A stretch of DNA of 64,000 bases, taken from the NCBI GenBank assembly GCA_027459745.1, contig DAIDHL010000002.1:9113-73112 (forward strand). Reading direction: 5' to 3'. Origin of the DNA: Candidatus Levyibacteriota bacterium. Its GTDB lineage: Bacteria > Patescibacteriota > Microgenomatia > Levybacterales > UBA12049. The notes under the pieces were generated by a model. That model was not told where the DNA came from and ran no database searches. It worked only from the letters and a program-made list of their open reading frames with translations. The position numbers and the translations under genes are program-made. Positions 10,927 through 21,649 of the stretch are shown piece after piece. Position 1 is the first letter of the stretch; each line of letters opens with the position of its first letter.

Positions 10927-11089
10927 AAAAAAGGCACTTTTGATGTAGCGCCACCAAAGATAGTAGCATAACGCTTAAAAAAAGACAAATCTGTTGAGTA
11001 TTTATAACTTATTTTGAATTTAGAATCTAAAATTCATAATTCAGAGTTCTGTCTTTATTTCTATTTTTTAAACCATTCTGCATCCTAAA

Positions 11090-12070
11090 TTAGCTTTGGC
11101 AGGCGGGGCAATAGAAAGTTCCCCTACCTCCCACCACTTCCCTTAAAATCTTGGCACCACATCTTGGACAATTCTTACCAACCTGTCCATATACTAAAAA
11201 ATGTTTTTGGTATTGTCCTTCTTGGCCAAGTGCATTTACAAAATTAGTCTCGCTCGCCCCACCCAAAGAAATACTTTTTTGTAAAACTGATTCGATGGCC
11301 TCAAATAAACTTCTGCTTTCAGTTTCACTTAAACTATTAGCACTTCGCTTGGGATTAATACGAGCTAACCATAACGCATCATTGGCATAAATATTACCTA
11401 TCCCACCAATCTTTTTTTGTTCCATTAATAATGGTTTGATAGAGCCTTTGTTGGGTTTAATAATTTGCTTAAACGTAGCTAAATCTAAATCTTTTAATGG
11501 TTCTGGACCGAGATCGCGGAAAAAAGATAAAGTTTTGAGTTCAGAAGTCTTTATAACTTTCAGCCAGCCAAATTGTCTGATGTCATTATAGAACAAAGTG
11601 GCTTCAAAACTGTCATTGCCAGGATTCATAGAAGCCGTGGCAATCTTACCTTTACTACTAGATTGCTTCGCTTTCGCTCGCAATGACGCAACATATTTCT
11701 CCCCAACTTTTAACTTTTGATTTTTAACTTTTAACTTAAATATTACGTGTGTATATTTATTTGGCAACTTCCCCATTACTTTCTTTGAATGCTCCACCTT
11801 TGACCCTTCTGTCTCCTTTGTCACCTGTGACCCCTCAAAAATGAGCTGTCCCGTCATCTTCACATGAATCGCCAAAGAATACTCATTATTGAAATGAATT
11901 ACTAACCCTTTACCAAACCGCTCGACCTGGATTATCTCGGCATCTAAAATATCTGCTTTATCACCAAAAAATAAGCGCGGCAAACGCACGTCGATCTCCG
12001 TGATAGTTAAACCGACTAAATGTTTCTCCAACCCTCTTCTAATGGTTTCAACTTCTGGTAATTCAGGCAT
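11090..12070 (-). CDS. mutM: formamidopyrimidine-DNA glycosylase
   Basis: N-terminal PELPEVE, H.KMTG, D.RQFG, GIGNIYA and C-terminal CPRC...CPACQ zinc finger. Contains extra repeat-derived loops. Confidence 0.95.
   Translation of the reverse strand: MPELPEVETIRRGLEKHLVGLTITEIDVRLPRLFFGDKADILDAEIIQVERFGKGLVIHFNNEYSLAIHVKMTGQLIFEGSQVTKETEGSKVEHSKKVMGKLPNKYTHVIFKLKVKNQKLKVGEKYVASLRAKAKQSSSKGKIATASMNPGNDSFEATLFYNDIRQFGWLKVIKTSELKTLSFFRDLGPEPLKDLDLATFKQIIKPNKGSIKPLLMEQKKIGGIGNIYANDALWLARINPKRSANSLSETESRSLFEAIESVLQKSISLGGASETNFVNALGQEGQYQKHFLVYGQVGKNCPRCGAKILREVVGGRGTFYCPACQS
11612..11687. repeat. palindromic element family A, in-frame in mutM
   Basis: GTCATTGCCAG...GTGGCAATCT...AGATTGCTTCG...CTCGCAATGAC. 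Confidence 0.85.
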
Positions 12071-12096
12071 AATTCTTTCCTTTCATCTTGTTCCTT

Positions 12097-12164
12097 GCCC
12101 CGTAAACACGCCCTTGCGAGGCGAGGATGTAAACCTCGCGAGCAAGTAAGTGCTCTATGGGGTC
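12097..12164. repeat. intergenic palindromic element
   Basis: GCCCCGTAAACAC...GTGCTCTATGGGGTC outer arms enclosing a GCGAGG/CCTCGC hairpin. Confidence 0.55.
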
Positions 12165-12205
12165 AACCTCTGGTAATTCTGGCACTATTTTCTCCTTTTT
12201 GTAGG

Positions 12206-13225
12206 CTAAGCAGCTCTTAAGGCATCTAAACTAGCTTTGTCTGTCACAGAGTATACATATATTACTTCTGGCACCTTCTTCCCATCTTTCACCATATGTT
12301 CATGCGTTTGTTTGACTGTACTCTCCAAAAATTTACTGGCTGCTAGCTCGACAAAAGTATCCTGACCTTTTTGCAGCATTCCGCCTACAAAATTAGACCA
12401 ACGTACAGGTTTACATAAAGCAGAAGAAAGTTCACGACGAATATCATCAGATGTTTTCAATCTCTTTAGTTGTGTATTAGCATAAACTGGTATCTCAGGT
12501 CCATCTATCACAATTGATTTTAAGTCTTCATATAGATTGCTAGCTGCTTGTTTAATCAAGCGTGTATGAGAAACACCCACTATTCCTTCCAGAGTCCGAG
12601 CTAATGATGCTCCTCTTGTCTTAGCTAAACGCAAGGCTTCTTTGACTATATCTTCATCAATGCCTGATAAAACAAATTGTATGGGCGAATTATCATTGGA
12701 AATTCCCAACATGTTTGATAAAGGCGGGAGCTTGTCGCTAATTCTTTGAGTATTAACTTTATCTTTCATGTCTTTAATAATTCCAACAATTGAATCTAAT
12801 TGTAATCCCATCACTATACCCATCTTACCTGGAAAAGATCTGGAGGCTTCTGCCATATGTTGTGCACGCTTGGTCACAATAGTATTCAAGGTTGGTAAAT
12901 CATACGCACCAGCTGCATATAGAGCAATTGGTAAACCTAAACTATGGCCTGAAAAAGCTACCGGTTTTTTATGACCCATATCTGTAGTTTGAGTAAAGGC
13001 ATCATACAAAGCAGCTTCATAATACATGATTCTTGATTGTCGGCGGACTGATTCGACTACGGGGTTTTCACTCGGAGCAGCTGCAGTTTCTAACATAGAG
13101 TTAACAATCTGTGGTACTCTTCCCACTTGAGGCAATGATACGACTTTAGACTCTAATCCTTCCCGGAATACTCCTTGTCCTCCCACACCGATAATATATG
13201 GTCTACGATCAACCGATATTGGCAT
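12206..13225 (-). CDS. divergent FabD-like acyltransferase (malonyl-CoA:ACP transacylase fold)
   Basis: GQG, GHSLG nucleophile, KR..HM, N.NSP.Q.VLSG, VSH, PVRW. Confidence 0.75.
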   Translation of the reverse strand: MPISVDRRPYIIGVGGQGVFREGLESKVVSLPQVGRVPQIVNSMLETAAAPSENPVVESVRRQSRIMYYEAALYDAFTQTTDMGHKKPVAFSGHSLGLPIALYAAGAYDLPTLNTIVTKRAQHMAEASRSFPGKMGIVMGLQLDSIVGIIKDMKDKVNTQRISDKLPPLSNMLGISNDNSPIQFVLSGIDEDIVKEALRLAKTRGASLARTLEGIVGVSHTRLIKQAASNLYEDLKSIVIDGPEIPVYANTQLKRLKTSDDIRRELSSALCKPVRWSNFVGGMLQKGQDTFVELAASKFLESTVKQTHEHMVKDGKKVPEVIYVYSVTDKASLDALRAA

Positions 13226-13243
13226 ATTTCATTAGCGTCCTTT

Positions 13244-14434
13244 CTACTTACTACCAACTACTATCTTTTTTATTTCCTTCATAAATCTTTCTTTACTAAA
13301 CTTCTCAGCACGTTTCTCACATTCTTTAGGATCAAACTTCATTTTTTCAAACTTCTCCATGGCCTCAATAAGACTCTGTACACTTAAACCATCAAAGAAA
13401 AGTCCGGTTTTGCCTTCCACTACTGTTTCTTGTACTCCACCACTTCTATGGGCAATTACGGGCGTTCCAGCCGCCATACTTTCGACTGGCATGATACCAA
13501 AATCTTCATCCTCAGACGCAAACAAGTAAGCTTTTGCACCCCGATACAACTCCCACTTCTCTTCTTCTGTTACTTCCCCTAAAAACTCTATTAAACTGTC
13601 ATTCCGGACTTGATCCGGAATCTTCTGAGATCCTGAAACAAGTTCAGGATGACTACGTGCTATATCCTCCAGCTCGCTTCCATACCCGGCAAATGATTTA
13701 CCAAAAATCTTAAGCGGTTTATGCAGATCAATACACGCACGAATAATTAAATCTATATGTTTAGCTCTCGCTAATCTACCGCCAGCCAAATAGTATCCAG
13801 TATCTGGTATTTTGTATTTAATATTTTTGTGTTCCTTAATACTTGATGCTTGATACTTAATACCAATATCAACGGGTGGATATATCACAACCGCCTCTTT
13901 ACGATAGAATTTTTTAATACGTTTGGCCACTTCTTCTGAATTCGCAATATATTGATCCACATTTTGCGCTGCCACAAAATCTTGCATTCTTAATAAGTGA
14001 TTTGCTACATGAGCAGTAGCATTTAACCAAGGGTTTTTCTTCCAATTCCGCGCCGTAGCATATCCATATAGGTACCTAGGTGGTGTATGGCAGTAACAAA
14101 ATAACTTACCACTTTTTTTGTTCAATGTGTTGGGAATATAAGCCCCTGTGGACGAGGAGATAATCACATCAAATCCGGAGAAATCAAAATTTTTGAATAC
14201 TGATGATGATAAAAGTCGAAAAGGGCTGATCAATTTATGTTTAAAGGGAATGTTCTGCAAATAGGATGTCCTGATATCCCAATTGGCAAATCTTTGACGA
14301 TGCGGTCCCAAAAATTGCGGCAAATAAACTGAAGTGAACACGGGTGCATCCGGAAAAACCTCATGCAAAGCTTCCAATACTTTTTCTGCACCTCCGTATT
14401 CTTTGATATAATCATGTACTAATGCAACCTTCAT
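13244..14434 (-). CDS. glycosyltransferase family 4
   Basis: KVALVHD...GGAEKV, YCHTPPRY, EDFGIMPVESMAAG. Confidence 0.92.
   Translation of the reverse strand: MKVALVHDYIKEYGGAEKVLEALHEVFPDAPVFTSVYLPQFLGPHRQRFANWDIRTSYLQNIPFKHKLISPFRLLSSSVFKNFDFSGFDVIISSSTGAYIPNTLNKKSGKLFCYCHTPPRYLYGYATARNWKKNPWLNATAHVANHLLRMQDFVAAQNVDQYIANSEEVAKRIKKFYRKEAVVIYPPVDIGIKYQASSIKEHKNIKYKIPDTGYYLAGGRLARAKHIDLIIRACIDLHKPLKIFGKSFAGYGSELEDIARSHPELVSGSQKIPDQVRNDSLIEFLGEVTEEEKWELYRGAKAYLFASEDEDFGIMPVESMAAGTPVIAHRSGGVQETVVEGKTGLFFDGLSVQSLIEAMEKFEKMKFDPKECEKRAEKFSKERFMKEIKKIVVGSK
13598..13653. repeat. 56-bp double-hairpin element family B, in-frame in the GT4 gene
   Basis: GTCATTCCGGACTTGATCCGGAATCT...AGATCCTGAAACAAGTTCAGGATGAC. 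Homologous 56-bp copy at 21689. Confidence 0.85.
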
Positions 14435-14465
14435 AGTTTAATATATTCAATTGCTATATCACTAT

Positions 14466-14498
14466 CCCCTCTCCTAAGAGGAGAGGGTTAGGGTGAGG
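14466..14498. repeat. palindromic element (same family as 8929)
   Basis: CCCCTCTCCTAAGAGGAGAGGGTTAGGGTGAGG. Confidence 0.75.
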
Positions 14499-14530
14499 TT
14501 AATAATATAACCAAACAACAATTTAATAAT

Positions 14531-15472
14531 CTACAATAACTCCATCTGCCCATTACCCTTTTCTCTTTTAGATGGAATGCACTCAGGAAAGGTCAGGAGC
14601 AATCTCTTTTGCAGTGTCCGCGACCCTAATTTAACAAACTCCTTTTGCAGAGCCGCAATATCAAACTTGGCTACCGCACACTTGGCTAGGTCAAATTGTA
14701 GGGGTACATCTCGCATAATGGTAGCAAGTTTTTTCGCTAAGGCCGCTTGTTCGGCGTCAGTGGCAAGTTGTAAGCTTTGTTTTTGGGATAATTCACCTAA
14801 ATTCTGATATAGATTTTCGAAGGTTTTAAATTTTTGCAACAAACTAGCCGCAGTTTTAGGACCTATACCCGTAACGCCAGGATAACCGTCAGATTGATCT
14901 CCAATCAATGCTTTATAATCAATAAATTGCGCGGGTGTCACCCCATATTTTTCTTCCACTGCCCCTGCATCAAACAAAGCCGTCTTGGTCATACCCGTGA
15001 TTAACATTAAGACTTTGGTATGTTCATTCACTAACTGCAACAAATCTCTATCTCCCGTAACAATAATTGTTTCAATATTTTTTTTTGCATCAATATTGGA
15101 AATTGTACCGATCAAATCATCAGCCTCAAATCCATCCAAACCAAATATAGGTACACGCATTTGCTCTAAAATATGCTGCACCCTAGGAAATTGAGGCACA
15201 AAATCATTAGCCAACGGGGGCCTATGTTCATGGTAGCCAACATATAACTCTTGTCGAAACGTCGGCTTGCCTCGATCAAAACATACAGCCAAGTAATCAG
15301 GCTTTTGATCTGCCAGCATATTCAGTAACATCGAAAAGAAGCCATACACTGCATTAACTACCACACCCTCTGGATCAGTCAGCGGAGGCAATGCATGGTA
15401 AGCCCGATGCATAATCGCATTACCATCAATCACGACTAGTTTCTTTGTCCTGAGCTGCGCCGTAGGATTCAT
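14531..15472 (-). CDS. standalone 5'-3' exonuclease/flap endonuclease (PolA N-terminal domain)
   Basis: IDGNAIMHRAYHA, EADDLIGT, GDRDLLQL, GD.SD..PGV.GIG.KTA. No polymerase domain. Confidence 0.9.
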   Translation of the reverse strand: MNPTAQLRTKKLVVIDGNAIMHRAYHALPPLTDPEGVVVNAVYGFFSMLLNMLADQKPDYLAVCFDRGKPTFRQELYVGYHEHRPPLANDFVPQFPRVQHILEQMRVPIFGLDGFEADDLIGTISNIDAKKNIETIIVTGDRDLLQLVNEHTKVLMLITGMTKTALFDAGAVEEKYGVTPAQFIDYKALIGDQSDGYPGVTGIGPKTAASLLQKFKTFENLYQNLGELSQKQSLQLATDAEQAALAKKLATIMRDVPLQFDLAKCAVAKFDIAALQKEFVKLGSRTLQKRLLLTFPECIPSKREKGNGQMELL

Positions 15473-15516
15473 AGGCTAATTGTAGCAAATTTAAACCTTT
15501 TTAACTTCCTCATCCT

Positions 15517-16110
15517 CTATCTCAGTTTTGTTTTCAGAAAGTCTACTAACTCCTGCGATCTCAAGCCTTGTCTAATATTAGTCAGATGATTAAAGGGATT
15601 AAAAACTAAAGCTGGGTATTGAATATTGGTTGCCCCGTCTAAATTAGTAGTGCTAGGTGGAACCAACCTATCATGAGTTCCTCTCATAGTCATTATATGT
15701 TCTCTTCGCTGTGCCGTCAGATAAGGCAAAATCTGCGCTTCCACATGCACTACTGCATCATAAAAAGCAGAACTTTGACTGGCCGCCTGTTCTAAGGTCG
15801 GATAAACATTTTCCCCTCTTCTTAAACGTCCAGACACATTAACCATGGCCTCAATCTCAGCCAAATCAGCGGCTGCTGAAAAGACTAAACTAGCACCAGC
15901 ACTTACACCAATAACTGCTTTAATGTCACGAAAACGGAGTTCTTTTCTCACTCGTCTTATTTTCTGTGCCAGAGATTCCTCTTTACTACGCCAATTACCC
16001 GACATCACTCTTATCTCAAAACCAGCCTGTTCTAAGCCTTCGCTTGTTTTTTTCATGGTCTGCACATTGTCACTTAAGCCTGGAATTAATAATATTTTAG
16101 GTCTTTCCAT
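15517..16110 (-). CDS. alpha/beta hydrolase
   Basis: IPGL oxyanion segment, GVSAG nucleophile elbow, D..V and H. Confidence 0.75.
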   Translation of the reverse strand: MERPKILLIPGLSDNVQTMKKTSEGLEQAGFEIRVMSGNWRSKEESLAQKIRRVRKELRFRDIKAVIGVSAGASLVFSAAADLAEIEAMVNVSGRLRRGENVYPTLEQAASQSSAFYDAVVHVEAQILPYLTAQRREHIMTMRGTHDRLVPPSTTNLDGATNIQYPALVFNPFNHLTNIRQGLRSQELVDFLKTKLR

Positions 16111-16130
16111 CGATGCATTTTAGCAGATTG

Positions 16131-16961
16131 CTAGCCAAGGGCCACTTTATCTGTTTGTGCCAGCGTTACTGTAGGCAATAAATATTCTCCATAGCTGGCT
16201 TCTATTTCTGTTGCAAATCCATTCTCCACCAAACGCATCAACTCACCTCTTACCACTCCTCTAAACTCTACAGCTGCCTCTGGGGATAATAATCCCAGTA
16301 AAGGTGGCACATATGACATCATCTTATCCAAAGCGCCCATGTGTCTCTGTCTCAGCTCTGGAGTAATCAACTGACCATGTCTTTTTGAATTATAAACATA
16401 CTCCACCCCAGTTCGGCTAATCGAATGCACTTTATCTATAAAATTAGTTAAGAGAGCTTCTTTATCGGTAACTGGTTGGTCACTTTGCAAAACGTGCTTC
16501 ACATTTTCATAACGGTAGTATGCTTCTAAAACTGCTTGACGTTGTTCTTTTCGTACATACTTATTAACCATTAACCTAGTAATCAATGACTCTGCTCTTT
16601 TTTTTCTTCTTCCTTCCCTTGAGTCCCGATAAACTCCTACCGCTGGCACGTCTCCTGTGATTATTTCTGCTGCATCATGTACTATAATCATTCGTTGCAT
16701 TGCTGGAAAATTAATCTCAGCTGATAAGTGTGGATTGTAAGTCGCTATGTCTTGTGCAATCGAACCTAACGCAAAGATATGATCCATATCATACTCATGT
16801 AAACCTTCAACTAGATGTTTTATTGGTTCATCCTGCCACCTAAGAATGTGTCGCATAGATCTTTCATAAGCTCGACGATTTTTTCGATTTAAACTTGCTT
16901 TATAAAACTCTTTTGTTTTGAGAGAAAATACATTCGACTTAAGGATTGTTTCAACTGCCAT
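16131..16961 (-). CDS. HD-domain phosphohydrolase (YfbR-like, divergent)
   Basis: ILRW, E...H, VHDAAEIITGD and DK. Confidence 0.75.
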   Translation of the reverse strand: MAVETILKSNVFSLKTKEFYKASLNRKNRRAYERSMRHILRWQDEPIKHLVEGLHEYDMDHIFALGSIAQDIATYNPHLSAEINFPAMQRMIIVHDAAEIITGDVPAVGVYRDSREGRRKKRAESLITRLMVNKYVRKEQRQAVLEAYYRYENVKHVLQSDQPVTDKEALLTNFIDKVHSISRTGVEYVYNSKRHGQLITPELRQRHMGALDKMMSYVPPLLGLLSPEAAVEFRGVVRGELMRLVENGFATEIEASYGEYLLPTVTLAQTDKVALG

Positions 16962-16979
16962 AAATTGTATGTGTAAAAC

Positions 16980-18860
16980 TTAGGCTTTAGCCATAGCAGG
17001 GGTAACTTTGGGGCCAATTAATTTTACAAATTCATCTGCATCCATCGTTTCTTTCTTAAGCAACTCTTCAGCTAACAAATCTAATTTGGAGCGCAGTTTT
17101 TTCAAAATATCCAGTGCTTGTTTGTAGGCTTTATCAGTCATTTTCTTAACTTCCTCATCTACCCTAGCTGCCATTTCTGGCGACAATTCTGATTGCTCAT
17201 AAATATTCTGCCTGTCACCTTCAAAATCAATTGGCCCCAAGCTACTCATACCAAATTTCATAACCATAGCCCGAGCTACGTGGGTAGCTTTTTCAATATC
17301 TGAACCAGCACCAGTAGTCATTTCGTCAAAGACAATTTGTTCCGCAGCCCGTCCTCCTAACATGGCGACAATTTGTTCTAATAAATGAGTCTTAGTTTCA
17401 TGAGTCCTTTCAATGGGTTCCATCATGGTATGTCCCAGAGCCATACCTCGGCGCACAATAGAGATACGATGTACGGGTTCCAAATGAGGCAATTCCCACA
17501 TTACTAGAGCATGTCCAGCTTCATGATAAGCAGTCATACGACGATCGTCTTCTGATTGTAATTGTTTTTTCTCTGGTCCCAACTTAACTTTAGTGGCAGC
17601 TTCTTCTAAATCAGTCATATCGATAGCTTTTTTATTTAAACGTGCCGCCAAAATTGCCGACTCATTTAACATATTCTCCAAATCAGCCCCAGAAAAACCA
17701 ACTGTACGGCGAGAAACCTTATCCCAATCGACTTCTGGTGTAAATGGTTTACCTTTGGCATGAATAGCCAAAATGGCTTTGCGCCCTTCTACATCCGGCA
17801 AGTCAAGTGTTACTCGACGATCAAAACGTCCTGGACGAACTAAAGCTGGATCAAGAACATCGGGCCTATTTGTTGCAGCCATAACCACAATCTGTTCATT
17901 GGGATTAAATCCATCCATCTCGACTAAAATTTGATTCAAAGTTTGCTCTCGTTCATCATGTCCGCCCATTAGACCCGCACCACGTTGTCGACCAATAGCA
18001 TCAATTTCATCGATAAAGATAATGGCAGGTTGGCTCTTTTTGGCGGTATTAAATAAATCACGTACGCGACTTGCACCTACTCCCACCAACATTTCCATAA
18101 ATTCAGATCCAGCCATTGAGAAAAATGCCACGTTAGCCTCACCAGCTGTTGCCCGAGCCAAAAGTGTTTTACCCGTACCTGCTGGTCCAACCATCAAAAC
18201 ACCTTTGGGTGTACGTGCACCCATCGATTTATATTTACCTGGGTTTTTCAAGAAATCGACGATTTCCGTCAATTCTTGCTTGGCTTCATCGACACCTGCC
18301 ACGTTTGCAAAAGTTGTACGTGGATTATCTTTGTTAAATAATTTGGCACGTGATTGTCCAAAAGAAAAAATATTTTCTTGTGTTCCCCTAGCTTGACGGA
18401 ACATGAAATACAAGAATCCGATTAACAAAACTACTGGGATTACTCCGCCTAAAAAGTTAAGCCAATTAGCCAAAGAATTATCCGTCACCACATTGACCTT
18501 CACTGAATCAGGGATAGAAGCACCTGCATTTTTGAAAAAAGTATAAACGTCAGTTCCGGGATCCCGATTTGCAGAAATAACTGCTCCATTTTTTTCAGTC
18601 GCAGTAAATTTATCCGTCGTAACTGTCATTGATTTCACTTTACCAGCCTTTATATCGTTTACAATTTGCGATACACTGACGCTTTTACTGTTATCTACTG
18701 GCACACTTAGCGCAGCGAAAATAAATAATAAGAAGATAAACAAAAATCCATAAATTATTGCTGATTTCCAGGAAAATTTTTTACTAAATTTTGCATTGAG
18801 TTGTTTAGGTAATTTACTTCCGTTTGTTTTTTTATTTGTAGAGTTATTAGAGGCTGCCAT
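16980..18860 (-). CDS. ftsH: ATP-dependent zinc metalloprotease FtsH
   Basis: Two TMs, [16 protein letters not shown] region and HEAGH. Confidence 0.97.
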   Translation of the reverse strand: MAASNNSTNKKTNGSKLPKQLNAKFSKKFSWKSAIIYGFLFIFLLFIFAALSVPVDNSKSVSVSQIVNDIKAGKVKSMTVTTDKFTATEKNGAVISANRDPGTDVYTFFKNAGASIPDSVKVNVVTDNSLANWLNFLGGVIPVVLLIGFLYFMFRQARGTQENIFSFGQSRAKLFNKDNPRTTFANVAGVDEAKQELTEIVDFLKNPGKYKSMGARTPKGVLMVGPAGTGKTLLARATAGEANVAFFSMAGSEFMEMLVGVGASRVRDLFNTAKKSQPAIIFIDEIDAIGRQRGAGLMGGHDEREQTLNQILVEMDGFNPNEQIVVMAATNRPDVLDPALVRPGRFDRRVTLDLPDVEGRKAILAIHAKGKPFTPEVDWDKVSRRTVGFSGADLENMLNESAILAARLNKKAIDMTDLEEAATKVKLGPEKKQLQSEDDRRMTAYHEAGHALVMWELPHLEPVHRISIVRRGMALGHTMMEPIERTHETKTHLLEQIVAMLGGRAAEQIVFDEMTTGAGSDIEKATHVARAMVMKFGMSSLGPIDFEGDRQNIYEQSELSPEMAARVDEEVKKMTDKAYKQALDILKKLRSKLDLLAEELLKKETMDADEFVKLIGPKVTPAMAKA

Positions 18861-18960
18861 AAGTATGAGCAATTATAGCAGAAAAGCAAAGTTTTTGCCA
18901 GTAAAAGATTTTCTCTCAATTGAAAAATTCGAGGCTAAAAAACTATTTCTTGCACTTCCC

Positions 18961-19806
18961 TTACATACTTTTAAGCTTAAAACTAACTACCAGGGGCAAA
19001 TGATCCGATCCAGTCACCTCTATCCTTCTTGCACTAGTAAAATCTAAATTTTTTTCCCAGATATAGTCTAATTTTTGCCGAAAATGCAGTCTTAGACCCT
19101 TCACTATTTTTTCTACCCACAATCCATCTCGTACAAAATTAGATTGATAAATATCATGACTCCAATCTATCTCCTTAGTTGTATCCTTAAAGCCATATTC
19201 TGAAAACATTCTTTGTAAGTGGCCTCGTTCTTTATTCTTATACACAATATTAATCGTATTAAAATCACCCGCAATTATTGTTTGCGCCACTGAAGACAAT
19301 TTTTGTAAGTTCTCAAGTAAAAATCTGACCTGCTGTCGGCGATGCTGCGCTCCACCCAATACGTCAGCATGCACACAACATACACGAAGTTTTTCTTGTT
19401 GGTAAGAGAAGTCGACTACTAACCCCCGACGCGTAATGGGTTTACCGCTAAACCCGATCATGCGAGAGAATATTTTTTCATGCGGCCTAGGTGCTCTTCT
19501 TTTAGGTAAAATTATATTGTAGGAGTCTACTTTTTTAAATTCTTTTTGCTTCCAAACAATCGCATTTCCAAAAGAAAAATTTCCGGAATTATTTTCAACT
19601 GCCCATTCTGCTTGCCAGTCTTTACCTAATTGCTTTAGTAACTTGTTCATAATGAATTGCTCCTTCTCCCTTAAAGTGACTTCCTGTAAACAAAATATAC
19701 TTACGCCATTGTTGGCCATATCACAGATATTTTTAATCAATTTTTCTGGTCGGCGCGAAACTTCTAGATTATAAGTGGCAATTTTGAAAACTGGTTGCTG
19801 TGTCAT
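18961..19806 (-). CDS. endonuclease/exonuclease/phosphatase family protein
   Basis: TYN, LQE, GDFN, LDY, SDH.P. Confidence 0.88.
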   Translation of the reverse strand: MTQQPVFKIATYNLEVSRRPEKLIKNICDMANNGVSIFCLQEVTLREKEQFIMNKLLKQLGKDWQAEWAVENNSGNFSFGNAIVWKQKEFKKVDSYNIILPKRRAPRPHEKIFSRMIGFSGKPITRRGLVVDFSYQQEKLRVCCVHADVLGGAQHRRQQVRFLLENLQKLSSVAQTIIAGDFNTINIVYKNKERGHLQRMFSEYGFKDTTKEIDWSHDIYQSNFVRDGLWVEKIVKGLRLHFRQKLDYIWEKNLDFTSARRIEVTGSDHLPLVVSFKLKSM

Positions 19807-19837
19807 CTTTGTATTCTAACACAGCCACAAAAGAAGA

Positions 19838-20884
19838 TTAACTAAGACCCATTTTGCTTTTTACTTCCTGCATAGTAGTTCTGGCACGGGCCAAACATTT
19901 CTCTCGACTCTCCGCTATAATTGCATCTACTTCAGCTGGATGTTCTTCAAAGTATTTTCTTTTTTCTTGCAAGGGTTGTAATTCTTTAAAAATAGCCTCG
20001 GCTAATTCCTCTTTTAATTCTTTATATCTAAGTCCAGTTGTCAAATACTTACTTTCATACTCCTCTCTTTTCTCTTTTCCTTCAAATAATTCAACAAATT
20101 CCATTAAAGCAGCAACTCCAAGCTGAGAATTAGTATGTGATTTATTATATTTTTCAACATTTTCAATACTTATTGGATCATTCTGAAATTGATTAATACT
20201 TGCTCCGACACCTCCTCCATTATCAGTTGGTACTTTAGCAATTTTTTGTTTAATTGTTTCCAGGTCATCAGTCAAATTAATGTATGAACCCTCCACTGAT
20301 TTACTCATCTTCCCTTGTCCTAACAGAGATGGTACATACTCTCCACTTGTAGCAAATCGATGTGGCTCTGGGAATGTATCTCCAAACATACTGTTAAACT
20401 TGCGGACAATTTCGCGTGTAACTTCAATATGCGGTTCTTGATCGATGCCTACTGGAACCAATTCACCTTTATATAGCATGATATCAGCGGCCATTAATAC
20501 GGGATAAAACAATAATCCCATATTTACATATTTAGGATATTGCGCTTTCTTATCTTTGTAGGTTGGCAAATCCTCCAAACGTGACACTGGATAAACAGTT
20601 GATAACAAGTATGCTAATTCTGTATGTTCTGGGACTTGTGATTGGATTTCCAACAAACATTTTTTAGGGTTCAAGCCAGCCGCTAAATAATCGATAATAA
20701 TTTCCCTTACATTGGCTTGTAAAATTTTGAGATCATAAGGTGTGGTTATGGCATGTAAATCCACTACCGAAAAAATACAATCATAGTCATCTTGCAATGC
20801 TAACATCCCCTTTACTGCACCTAAATAATTGCCGATATGTAATCGGTTGGTAGCACGGATTCCTGAATAAACTTTCTTTTTCAT
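19838..20884 (-). CDS. trpS: tryptophanyl-tRNA synthetase
   Basis: HIGN, VPVGIDQ and KMSKS. Start at MKKK, 7 nt after a TTGCAC-17-TACAAT promoter. Confidence 0.96.
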   Translation of the reverse strand: MKKKVYSGIRATNRLHIGNYLGAVKGMLALQDDYDCIFSVVDLHAITTPYDLKILQANVREIIIDYLAAGLNPKKCLLEIQSQVPEHTELAYLLSTVYPVSRLEDLPTYKDKKAQYPKYVNMGLLFYPVLMAADIMLYKGELVPVGIDQEPHIEVTREIVRKFNSMFGDTFPEPHRFATSGEYVPSLLGQGKMSKSVEGSYINLTDDLETIKQKIAKVPTDNGGGVGASINQFQNDPISIENVEKYNKSHTNSQLGVAALMEFVELFEGKEKREEYESKYLTTGLRYKELKEELAEAIFKELQPLQEKRKYFEEHPAEVDAIIAESREKCLARARTTMQEVKSKMGLS

Positions 20885-20961
20885 ATCTTGTATTGTATGA
20901 CAATCACCCTGCTTGTGCAATAAACTCATACTTAATAGCGGCCGCTATATTCAGTTATATT

Positions 20962-21228
20962 TTAGTCAGTATATAAACCTGACTTAATTATTAACTGTTG
21001 TTGTTTTCTAACTCGTCTCTCAGTCATTTTATGCATTATACTTACGACTTCATTTAATTGTCTTTCTGTATAAGCTGAATTCCCTACGTAAGACTCATCT
21101 GGCTTTCTAGCTGATACCACAACTAGTTTTCCATTAACCCTTGTAATATCTTTATTCAACCCTACTCGAGGAGCAACCTCACCAGGTCGCAATTTAGGAG
21201 CAAAACCTTGCCTATTTTCTAATGTCAT
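20962..21228 (-). CDS. small hypothetical protein
   Basis: ORF preceded by AAGGGGG and overlapping the end of the upstream gene. Confidence 0.55.
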   Translation of the reverse strand: MTLENRQGFAPKLRPGEVAPRVGLNKDITRVNGKLVVVSARKPDESYVGNSAYTERQLNEVVSIMHKMTERRVRKQQQLIIKSGLYTD

Positions 21229-21580
21229 TATTGTCACCCCCTTTCAACAGTGGAACCACTGTTATTTCACTATGTTTAAATATTCTTTTTCTTATCCGAG
21301 TAATGCGAAAAATTGCCTTACAGTTAGGATCAGGACAAGCCACATCCGGATCAGTTGTCATGCAATCATTGGGATCAGTTATTCGCTGTTTAGCTGGCAA
21401 TAATGCCAACAAAGATCCCAAGGCATAAATCGTAAAAGTCTGACCTGACGGCATCGATAGATTTTCACCACTCAATTCAAAATAATCCCCGACTTTGTGA
21501 TTACAAACGAATTTGCTTTGCTCGCCAACAACTTCAATTTTTAAATCGTATAAAGTAAAATTTTCGTTTTGTTTTTTCAT
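21212..21580 (-). CDS. TIGR04076-like Cys-containing protein
   Basis: C.HKVGDYF...CPDP.C pattern. Confidence 0.7.
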   Translation of the reverse strand: MKKQNENFTLYDLKIEVVGEQSKFVCNHKVGDYFELSGENLSMPSGQTFTIYALGSLLALLPAKQRITDPNDCMTTDPDVACPDPNCKAIFRITRIRKRIFKHSEITVVPLLKGGDNNDIRK

Positions 21581-21592
21581 ATTTCTTGCATT

Positions 21593-21615
21593 AAAAACCT
21601 CCTATTTAGGAGGTT
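21593..21615 (-). terminator. attenuator terminator hairpin (3:4)
   Basis: Minus strand AACCTCCT-AAAT-AGGAGGTTTTT. Confidence 0.8.
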
Positions 21616-21649
21616 CATTTATAGTGAAAAATGTGTTTTTCGCGACAAA

